This document shows positions 54,307 through 61,810 of a DNA stretch of 64,000 nucleotides, piece by piece. The stretch's first letter is position 1; the number at the start of each line of letters is the position of its first letter. Position numbers and translations under genes: made by a program. Source of the stretch: Patescibacteria group bacterium (GTDB taxonomy: Bacteria; Patescibacteriota; Microgenomatia; Levybacterales; UBA12049); the NCBI GenBank assembly GCA_041743715.1, contig JBGTMH010000059.1, forward strand, positions 1,608-65,607, in the 5' to 3' direction. A model generated the notes under the pieces. It saw only the letters and a list, made by a program, of their open reading frames with translations. It had not been told where the DNA came from and did no database searches.

Positions 54307-54393
54307 AGCTGGATTGGCGGAGTAGTCAATCGCACCTCGCTGTAGACGAGGCGGCCTTCGGCCTACGGGAGTGCAAATCTCTCATCCAGCACC
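54307..54393 (+). tRNA. tRNA-Tyr (anticodon GTA), class II with long variable arm, CCA encoded
   Basis: Acceptor GCTGGAT/ATCCAGC, anticodon stem CCTCG/CGAGG with loop CTGTAGA, variable arm GGCC-TTCG-GGCC. The T loop reads TGCAAAT, with G where the near-universal U55 is expected. Confidence 0.8.
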
Positions 54394-54403
54394 AATCAAC
54401 TTT

Positions 54404-54952
54404 TTATTCACTCTCTTTAAAGAAGTCATCTTTTTGTAATTCCATCAGGTAGCTCAGATCTTCTTCTTGCGGAATTTGTATCGTTCTTTTATACCTAAAA
54501 CCGGCCTTCTCATATGCTCTAATAGCCCGTTTATTCGTCGGTTCAGGATCGATTATGCAAAGTTGTATTGTTTTGTCCGCAAATACAATTTCTTTGAGAA
54601 ATTGTCTTATCATCAGTCTGCCAAAGCCTTTCCCTATATATTCAGGATTGCCGATGAATAGATCAATACCAGCAACACCTTCATTATATCCAGTAGCATC
54701 ACGGAATTCCGGCCAGTCCCGGGTTTTATACCATTGAATGTAACCGACAGGATTATTGTTGTACCATGCGATAAAACCGTCAGTCGGTTCGTTAATTTCT
54801 TTAAATGAATAGCGTTTGGTAACTTCAGCTAGGGTATTTTTTTCATTTTTATCGTACCATTCATGCACATGCGTTTCATTGAGCCATGTGGTTAGTAAGG
54901 AAAAATCCTGGGGCCGCAACGGTTTAAACGAAAGATGATCTGTATAAAACAT
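54404..54952 (-). CDS. GNAT-family N-acetyltransferase (Acetyltransf_8 / aminoglycoside 6'-N-acetyltransferase-like)
   Basis: LTTWLNETHVHEWY, IDLFIGNPEYIGKGFGRLMIRQFL and NKRAIRAYEKAGF. Confidence 0.8.
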   Translation of the reverse strand: MFYTDHLSFKPLRPQDFSLLTTWLNETHVHEWYDKNEKNTLAEVTKRYSFKEINEPTDGFIAWYNNNPVGYIQWYKTRDWPEFRDATGYNEGVAGIDLFIGNPEYIGKGFGRLMIRQFLKEIVFADKTIQLCIIDPEPTNKRAIRAYEKAGFRYKRTIQIPQEEDLSYLMELQKDDFFKESE

Positions 54953-55016
54953 ACATTTATTGTACCACCGAAGAGATTAAATATTATAGAAGTTAGACAA
55001 CTATCAATTACCTGCT

Positions 55017-55050
55017 ATTGCACAGGTTTGAGTGCTTTGTTGAAATGAGA
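55017..55050 (+). repeat. Intergenic repeat family, copy i (diverged)
   Basis: ATTGCACAGGTTTGAGTGCTTTGTTGAAATGAGA. Confidence 0.4.
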
Positions 55051-55154
55051 TAAGTTCAGTGCTCTTATGATATGGGACTGGTTGGAATTTTTCCCGGGCT
55101 TCAATTAGGAAGGTTATTTATCCCGACTCGTCGAAATAAAAATCCACCTCGTCC

Positions 55155-55180
55155 CCATCCTTCGCCAAGGCTTCGGAGGG
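55155..55180 (+). repeat. GC-rich hairpin repeat, copy 3
   Basis: CCATCC-TTCGCCAAGGCTTC-GGAGGG, homologous to 45228-45254. Confidence 0.5.
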
Positions 55181-55327
55181 TACCTCAGGATTTATGAAAT
55201 TGTAGAGAAAAATAATACAACCAATTCCAATATCAAAGAGCATGGATAGTATATTTCCCGTGCCGTGAAAAGTCAAGATCTTGACAAGCATTTGGGGGCG
55301 ATTCTTACATGATTGCTAATGTGTGAG

Positions 55328-55457
55328 CGTGGAATACACTTTTTTTGTCCGTGCTAATGGGTTGTTAGTAGCACTCGGGGTAATTCATGAGTACCTTATA
55401 TTTTTATAATAAATTCTTTGGTAGCATTCATTCCTACAAAAAAAGTGTATTTTCACG
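55328..55457. repeat. About 20-bp inverted repeat pair flanking 89 bp
   Basis: CGTGGAATACACTTTTTTTG (55328-55347) versus the reverse complement of CAAAAAAAGTGTATTTTCACG (55437-55457). They differ by one indel. Confidence 0.6.
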
Positions 55458-55486
55458 TTCTCTTTAAGCTAAGGTCAAACTTAAAT

Positions 55487-56158
55487 TTAAAACCCCAACA
55501 GAGTCAGTGAAGAAGTGATGAGGGTGGAGAGAAGAGAGGATAGTGAGAAGGGGCCGATTGGGAAGTAAAAAAGTATGACCAGTATCATGATCCCTAGACC
55601 CCCATTTCCAATTGCAAGGTAGGCACCCGCTGTTCTTTCTGGAAGCAGTAATGCAAAAAGTTTGGAGCCGTCAAGGGGAGGTATGGGAAGCAGATTAAGA
55701 ATAGCCAAGAGTAAATTCCATTTGACAAAGGTGGTAAGTATAAAACCAAGAAGTCCGCTGAGCGCAATTTCATTAAAGCCACTGTTAGGAAAGAGAGCAT
55801 GTATCATCAGGGCTGCGGTAATTGCGAGGAGAATATTGGTAATCGGTCCAGCAAGAGACACAAGTGCCAAATCTTTGATTCCGTCACGGAGATTAAAAAG
55901 ATCCACAGGGACAGGTTTGGCTCCGCCAAAAATAAAAGTACCGGCAGATCCTAAATATGTCATGAGCGGGATAAGAAGTGTCATAAATGGGTCAATATGT
56001 GGGATGGGATTGAGGGTGATTCGCCCAAGAATTTTGGCTGTAGGATCGCCAAGCCGGTAAGCCACATATCCATGCGCGATTTCGTGTAGGATGGAAGAGT
56101 AAATTAATATTAAGATGCTAATGATAGGTAAAAGTAAGTCCATAAAAAAATAACCCAA
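55487..56158 (-). CDS. Site-2 protease family (M50) membrane metalloprotease, short form
   Basis: ILHEIAHGYVAYRLGDPTA (HExxH) and a later LLPIPPLDGSK block. Confidence 0.85.
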   Translation of the reverse strand: MGYFFMDLLLPIISILILIYSSILHEIAHGYVAYRLGDPTAKILGRITLNPIPHIDPFMTLLIPLMTYLGSAGTFIFGGAKPVPVDLFNLRDGIKDLALVSLAGPITNILLAITAALMIHALFPNSGFNEIALSGLLGFILTTFVKWNLLLAILNLLPIPPLDGSKLFALLLPERTAGAYLAIGNGGLGIMILVILFYFPIGPFSLSSLLSTLITSSLTLLGF

Positions 56159-56307
56159 TAAACTAATAACCCAATAAACAAATCAATGAAAAATGATTTA
56201 ATGCAGAATTATTGATTTATTTTGCATTAGATAATTGATTGGTAGTATTTGTATATTGGGTTATTACCAGCTTGAGTTAAAGCTGGTTCTATGATATCAT
56301 ATCTTTT

Positions 56308-56544
56308 ATGGCAATGAAATGTATGAACTGTGGCAAGGGAGTTATGTATGGGCACAATGTGTCTCATTCCAAACGCCGCACACAAAAAATCTTTAAACCC
56401 AATCTTCATAGCGCTCGAATCTCAACGAGTAATGGCTTTGTCCGGCTAAAGCTGTGTACAAAATGTCTCCGAACCATCAAAAAAGTTCAGGAAGAAAAGC
56501 CTGAAGAGACTCCCACAAAAGAAGCCACACTAATAACCGCATAG
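56308..56544 (+). CDS. rpmB: 50S ribosomal protein L28
   Basis: KCMNCGKGVMYGHNVSHSKRRTQKIFKPNLH...LKLCTKCLR. TGATATCAT ends 7 nt before the ATG. Confidence 0.85.
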   Translation: MAMKCMNCGKGVMYGHNVSHSKRRTQKIFKPNLHSARISTSNGFVRLKLCTKCLRTIKKVQEEKPEETPTKEATLITA

Positions 56545-56863
56545 TATTTTAATTCATTAAAATCACAACAGTAAGAAGTTTTGCAAAAAGAGTTTTTAAA
56601 GAGAAAGAGGGTTTCAAAAATCCGCAAGTGGATTCCATACTTCTTCAGGTTGCGTGTCAGTTCTTCCCGTTTCGGCAGAAGTTGCGCCGAAAGTCAGGCT
56701 GTCTGTCGTTTGCCCATCCAAATCTGCTTCTGGAATTTCAAACATTCCACCAATAGTTGCATCCAATGCATCAGCGGTGCCATTTACTGAACCTTTCATA
56801 TACATTTATCTTAACACAATAGGCACAAATTGTCAAGTATTAAGGCCTGTAGTATAATCACTA

Positions 56864-57772
56864 TTAAGACAATATTTTTTTAATAACATCATGCATTTCT
56901 GGGTAGCCGTTTATAAAATCCTTCACAGTAACTGGATTTTTTCCTTCCATTTGAATGTTCTTTTCTGGTAAAAACTTTATTATTTTTTGAGTCTCTATCC
57001 CACTCACCCCGGGGGAGTCATGGCTTCCACTACGTTGCAGCCTGCCACCCCCGGGGTGGAGAGAAAGGCGAGTCCACACTACCGGCCAGGGATAGTACGC
57101 ACGGATCATTCGGTCGAGTCGGATTGCGTCAGGGGGATTTTCGAGATCAATAAAGCTGTCTGATTTTTTCATAAAAGATGTCTGAGATGCCTGGGCATCA
57201 GGTTGTTTTTTAGGGGTTATTTTTTTCGTAACAATTGCATTAATTACGTCGACAGTAAGTTCACCACCAAGTTTATTTAACTCTTTCAAGAGCGAATCAG
57301 TTGTCTCTGATGTTTTTAAAGTATATTTTTTTTGTGCATAGATATCACCTGCATCGACTTTCGAAGACATGCGAATAATAGATACACCTGATATTTTTTC
57401 TCCTGCAAGAATTGCAAATGGAGCAGGCGCTGGGCCACGGTATTTGGGAAGTAGTGAATGGTGGACGTTTAAGGGTGCATAGTTAGGAACGTTCAGTATA
57501 TCTTCAGGCAAGATTAATCCGTAATCTTCAACTACGAAGAAGTCAGGCCGTAAGGCTTTTATTTTTGAAATAGTTGATTCATTGAGGGTGTTACTTGTGA
57601 GAAAAGGAATATTTTGCTCTAAGGCAAAAGATTTGAGGGGGCTTGGAATCAAACGACCTTTTTTATCAGGCCTGTCGTTGATGGTGACTATAAACGCAAT
57701 GCCCAGTTTTTCATGAAGAATTTTTGCGCCGATGAGAGAGTAAGATGTGTTACCGAAAAAAATTATTCGCAT
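56864..57772 (-). CDS. fmt: Methionyl-tRNA formyltransferase
   Basis: MRIIFFGN...LNVHHSLLPKYRGPAPAPFAIL...SIIRMSSKVDAGDIY. It carries an in-frame GC-rich insert in the C-terminal domain. Confidence 0.9.
   Translation of the reverse strand: MRIIFFGNTSYSLIGAKILHEKLGIAFIVTINDRPDKKGRLIPSPLKSFALEQNIPFLTSNTLNESTISKIKALRPDFFVVEDYGLILPEDILNVPNYAPLNVHHSLLPKYRGPAPAPFAILAGEKISGVSIIRMSSKVDAGDIYAQKKYTLKTSETTDSLLKELNKLGGELTVDVINAIVTKKITPKKQPDAQASQTSFMKKSDSFIDLENPPDAIRLDRMIRAYYPWPVVWTRLSLHPGGGRLQRSGSHDSPGVSGIETQKIIKFLPEKNIQMEGKNPVTVKDFINGYPEMHDVIKKILS
57005..57058. repeat. GC-rich palindromic element inside fmt
   Basis: CACCCCGGGGG (57005-57015) and CCCCCGGGGTG (57048-57058) are perfect 11-bp inverted repeats 32 nt apart. 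They are translated as ...SLHPGGGRLQRSGSHDSPGVSG.... Confidence 0.8.
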
Positions 57773-57815
57773 GGTATTTAGTATTTTGTATCTAGTATTT
57801 GGTATAGCTTTAATA

Positions 57816-58406
57816 CTAAATTTCTATTTCATCAAACTCTATTTCACCCTTCTTATTTTTCGATGAGTGGTAGAGTTGGCTTTTTTGTTCAAGCACCCGT
57901 TTGGGAAATAAAACTCCCTGAAGGTGATCAAATTCGTGTTGGATGATGATGGATAAAAAGCCATCGAACTTTTTTTTATGTTTGGCACCTTTTTCATCCT
58001 GATAAGAAAGTACAACACCATATTGTCTTTTGACGACACCCCAAACATTGCGCAAGGAAAGACATCCTTCTAACTGTACCCCTTTATCAATTTTGGCCTT
58101 TTCTTTTCCTTTGGCTGTTTTTTCGTTCTGGGTTGAGGGCTGCTTTGTATCAGCGGGCGCGTCGAAAAATTCTTCAATGACGGGATTGATAAATGTCAGA
58201 AGAGGAGAGCGGGGGGACTGTCTGATAAGAAATATCTGAAGAGATTTGCCAATTTGTGGCGCAGCCAAACCAACACCTTCAGGATCTCGAGCATTCCCGA
58301 GTGTCTCTTCCATATCTTTGAGCAAAAGATGGATAGTTTTATCTAATTTTTCAACCGGCTTTGCCTGTTGAGTCAAAACCGAATCCGGCGCTTGAACAAT
58401 TCTCAT
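57816..58406 (-). CDS. def: Peptide deformylase
   Basis: GVGLAAPQIG, EGCLS and HEFDHLQG motifs. Lies immediately upstream of fmt. Confidence 0.9.
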   Translation of the reverse strand: MRIVQAPDSVLTQQAKPVEKLDKTIHLLLKDMEETLGNARDPEGVGLAAPQIGKSLQIFLIRQSPRSPLLTFINPVIEEFFDAPADTKQPSTQNEKTAKGKEKAKIDKGVQLEGCLSLRNVWGVVKRQYGVVLSYQDEKGAKHKKKFDGFLSIIIQHEFDHLQGVLFPKRVLEQKSQLYHSSKNKKGEIEFDEIEI

Positions 58407-58671
58407 AAGTCAGGAGTTTGATACTGTAAATTATAGCATATGAGTAGGGGAAAATGAGAATTTTTTAAAGAAAACAGTCAAAGCGCCTTTAAAAACAAGG
58501 AAAAAGGAAAACAAGAAATCGGTTCAATTTATTGTTGTCGATTTTTTACAACAGCTATTATATTATATAACGCAATTTCTTTGTTAAAAAGAAATTAGTT
58601 TTATGCAACAACTTGAAGCAAGGAAATCCCGATGTTCGAAGCTATATTCCATACTGTGTTAGAAGTTTAAA

Positions 58672-59904
58672 TTAATATGGACTCACTGTAAAAATAGTAT
58701 CCCTTGCTATATACGCTCCTAATATTGAAATGTTTTTTACCGCGTCAATTCTTCCATACGCAGGATCCTCAGATGATCTTTGAGGAAGCCCTGCTGTAAA
58801 TAGTAATCTCTCAGTAGTTTCTGCGCTTTTTTCATCTCTTGATTGAAACTCAATATTTCCTCCACAAAACCTAGGGACTGCATCATATAAATATAAAAAT
58901 TCCGGAGCTAATTCTAGAACAGGTGCTTCAAGTGGTCCTACTACAGTGAAAATTTGCCTCATATCCGCAAAAGGCTTCTGCACATATAGTGGGACAGATG
59001 ATTGATCAGGATCCTGTTTTTGCAGGTCAGGAAATTTTAAAATAAACTCTGCAGACTCCATATTTGCAGGTAGTGAAAATGTTTCAAGATTTCTCAGAAC
59101 AAGATTTACTACTTCATCGGGATGCGGTAAGCTATTAATTCCTTCGCTTTCAAGCCTTTGGATATAACCCATCTGAGCGGCAACTAATAACCTCATAGTT
59201 TCATTAAGATTTGCCAAAAATCTTGGCTGATACGATTCGAAATCCTCGTAAATTATATGTTTTCGACGTTTCTTAGAACCTTTTTTAGCATCATTTTCTT
59301 TTTGCTCACGAACCAAATTACCAAACTCAATATTTACCTCGTGAGTTGCAGTTAAAAGGGAATAATACTTATGTTCCGGGCCTTTTCTTTTTATAGAATC
59401 AAAAAAATCAGAAGCCTGTTGTTTAGTCCAATATACACCAGTAATCATGAAAACGTGATCTTGTCCCTGATAACGAGCATCTATCTCCTCACAGATATAG
59501 GCGTCATTATGCGGCACATCTTTGGCAGATGGAATCAAGGAATTTCCTTTCAAATTATTTTCAAGGGAGGGTAAAATTCCTTCTGTAATTCTTGCAAAAG
59601 CAAGGTGGGAAAGTGCTCCTCGAAGCGCTTGATGCATACCTCTGACAATCTTAAGTCGCGCCCCAACCGGACTGTTATTAAATCCTTCTTTGATTCCTTC
59701 TTCACTTTTACCCTGTAATTTAGGAATTTGATTCGTTGCCAAATCAAAAAAAAGCTGTTTCTTTATATCATCTGTCTGTCTTGGATTATCGACAAAAGCT
59801 TGGGAGGCTTTTACAATAATCGCACGACGTCTTTTTTTCTTTCCCGAATCTTTCTCTTCTAGATCTATAGTTGTAGATCTAGCTCTGCGACCTTCTTTAT
59901 CCAT
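58672..59904 (-). CDS. Hypothetical protein (410 aa)
   Basis: Clean long ORF with a basic N-terminus. No motif recognised. Confidence 0.55.
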   Translation of the reverse strand: MDKEGRRARSTTIDLEEKDSGKKKRRRAIIVKASQAFVDNPRQTDDIKKQLFFDLATNQIPKLQGKSEEGIKEGFNNSPVGARLKIVRGMHQALRGALSHLAFARITEGILPSLENNLKGNSLIPSAKDVPHNDAYICEEIDARYQGQDHVFMITGVYWTKQQASDFFDSIKRKGPEHKYYSLLTATHEVNIEFGNLVREQKENDAKKGSKKRRKHIIYEDFESYQPRFLANLNETMRLLVAAQMGYIQRLESEGINSLPHPDEVVNLVLRNLETFSLPANMESAEFILKFPDLQKQDPDQSSVPLYVQKPFADMRQIFTVVGPLEAPVLELAPEFLYLYDAVPRFCGGNIEFQSRDEKSAETTERLLFTAGLPQRSSEDPAYGRIDAVKNISILGAYIARDTIFTVSPY

Positions 59905-60135
59905 TTTATTCCACGCTATTATTCGACTGCATTATACAATTTAATTGAAAGTAAATCCAGATGAAGGAATATATTTAGTTTAAATCTGACTCTCGTGACT
60001 AACGATGAGAAATGAACGTGGTATATCCTATAGGTGGTATATAAATATAATGTTACACGAAGCGCTCTTTTTTCTGTTAAATCAATATAATCTATATTGT
60101 ATATGCTAAATGGTCGTCATATTACGACAACTCTA

Positions 60136-60164
60136 TTGACATATGCTGCTAAGCAGGGTATTAT
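60136..60164 (+). promoter_or_regulatory. Near-consensus promoter TTGACA-17-TATTAT upstream of the peptide gene
   Basis: TTGACA at 60136-60141 and TATTAT at 60159-60164. A leader follows with AAAGGAGGTGA, 8 nt before ATG 60190. The small palindrome GTCGTCATATTACGAC lies just upstream. Confidence 0.6.
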
Positions 60165-60189
60165 TTGAATGAAAGGAGGTGATTATATT

Positions 60190-60405
60190 ATGCCACCAAC
60201 AATGCAAGAACGTGGAATAAGACCAGCAGCGGCTGAATCGAGATTTAAATTAAAAGAAGTAATAAAAAGTTCTGGGACAGGGACTGAAAATTTTAAACCA
60301 GGGAGTATTACAGTGTTTGAAGAAAGCGCTTCTAGACTTGACAGAACAGGTTTATCTAAGACTGTCAACAGAACACCAATGTTTTCTAACCCGAGCGGCA
60401 ATTAA
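60190..60405 (+). CDS. Candidate graspetide (omega-ester/amide peptide) precursor, 71 aa
   Basis: MPPTMQERGIRPAAAESRFKLKEVIKSSGTGTENFKPGSITVFEESASRLDRTGLSKTVNRTPMFSNPSGN. The SD lies inside the longer ORF-track version, so ATG 60190 is preferred. It sits 73 nt upstream of an MvdD-type ATP-grasp on the same strand. Confidence 0.55.
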   Translation: MPPTMQERGIRPAAAESRFKLKEVIKSSGTGTENFKPGSITVFEESASRLDRTGLSKTVNRTPMFSNPSGN

Positions 60406-60478
60406 GTTTTTCCCCTGCTGTAAAAAAACAGTATATAAAAACTTTGTCAAATAAGGAAATCGCCTGACCCACCCGCAT

Positions 60479-61471
60479 ATGCAGGTGGGTTACGGCATTT
60501 ACTACCAGATGAAAAATATTCTCATTGCTTCAGATAGTTTTGATCGACCCTACACCAAACCTGTTGTGGAAGAGCTGACCCGCAGGGGATTTTCTGTAAT
60601 GGTTTTTGAGGGAGATAGAGTCTCACAATTGTCTGACTCCTTTACTATTAAAATTCTTCATAACGGTAAGGCCGAAATCCGATATAAAGACAGGGTGCTT
60701 GATCCTACTCTCGTCGCGGCAGCTTGGCAGCGGAGACCATTTTTCTTTACCAGTAATTTCGATGATCCAGCAAGAAATGAATCATTTGCTGTGCAGTATC
60801 GGGGGTTGCTGAGATATATTTGGGATTCGATTCCTGACAAATTATGGCTTAATGCTCCCGCGAATGTAATCCGTTCCGAAGGAAAGTTGTCCCAACTAAC
60901 ATTGGCACAATCTGTGGGATTTGCAATACCTGAGACAGTTGTGAGTAATAATTGGGAAGATATTCTGGCACTTCCAAGCGATTTCCTGACCTTTAAAATG
61001 GTAAATGGGCTCCTTCATACGAAAAATGAAACCAAATATCTTACTTCTCAGAAATTCCCTAATAGTTCTGATTCACTTCCTCTGCAAAATGCTCCCTATC
61101 CGGGTATTTGGCAATCGTATATTGAAAAAGCACGCGAATGGCGTATTACCGTAGTCGGTGAACAGACCTTTGATGCTGCTATCTATACAACGAAAGAGGC
61201 AAAAAATGATTGGCGTGAACATCAAGAAAGCCGGAATTTAGTACAATTCAAAGCCGAGCGTTTCCCTGATAAAGAAAGGGAAAAGTGTTTGAAGTTTATG
61301 CAGCAATGCGATCTTAAGTTTGGAGCTTTCGATTTCATTGAGCAACCCGATGGAAAAATATTTTTTCTAGAATTAAATCCTGATGGTGAATACGGATGGT
61401 TGCAAAAAGAACTTGGTTTTCCTATCTCTGCCGCCATCGCCTCTGAACTTGCCGCGATTACAAAGCACTAA
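60479..61471 (+). CDS. ATP-grasp ligase, MvdC/MvdD (microviridin/graspetide macrocyclase)-like
   Basis: N-terminal ILIASDSFDRPYTKPVVEELTRRGFSVMVFEGD and C-terminal FGAFDFIEQPDGKIFFLELNPDGEYGWL. An alternative start is ATG 60509 (MKNILIAS). Confidence 0.7.
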   Translation: MQVGYGIYYQMKNILIASDSFDRPYTKPVVEELTRRGFSVMVFEGDRVSQLSDSFTIKILHNGKAEIRYKDRVLDPTLVAAAWQRRPFFFTSNFDDPARNESFAVQYRGLLRYIWDSIPDKLWLNAPANVIRSEGKLSQLTLAQSVGFAIPETVVSNNWEDILALPSDFLTFKMVNGLLHTKNETKYLTSQKFPNSSDSLPLQNAPYPGIWQSYIEKAREWRITVVGEQTFDAAIYTTKEAKNDWREHQESRNLVQFKAERFPDKEREKCLKFMQQCDLKFGAFDFIEQPDGKIFFLELNPDGEYGWLQKELGFPISAAIASELAAITKH

Positions 61472-61757
61472 AGTGCTTTTTCGTTACAGTATCATTTATT
61501 TATGTTGCCAGAATCACCATATTCAGAAGCTGAGATTGCTACTATGGCTGCACTGCTCAGGATATCAGGAACAGTAACGACTATAGAGATGATAGGTAAT
61601 GGAATACATGATTCTGAATTAGATAAAGTCAAACAGGATCCGGCGCATACCTGCGGCAATTGAAGAAATTTTTAGATATCGTACATCTTTTAGAGGTTTG
61701 GAATGCTGCAATGGCTGGAATCAAAAAGGGGCCAGCAGAGCCCCATCTGCGAGATAA
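61472..61757 (+). pseudogene. Cytochrome P450 relic (I-helix to K-helix only, frameshifted)
   Basis: ...SEAEIATMAALLRISGTVTTIEMIGNGI...QDP (I-helix AGxxTT-like). After a frame change near 61640-61650 comes IPAAIEEIFRYRTSF (ExxR). There is no N-terminal half and no Cys-ligand loop. Confidence 0.4.
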
Positions 61758-61810
61758 ATTATTTTCATGCATCTCTTAAAGGCCCTATACGATACTTGCA
61801 TGAGAGTTTT

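Noticed and set aside
56581-56857. Three mutually overlapping 63-69-aa ORFs between rpmB and fmt
   Set aside because: None has a recognisable motif, SD or -10/start geometry. The acidic minus-strand ORF (56614-56805) is the most plausible, but the evidence is insufficient to call it.
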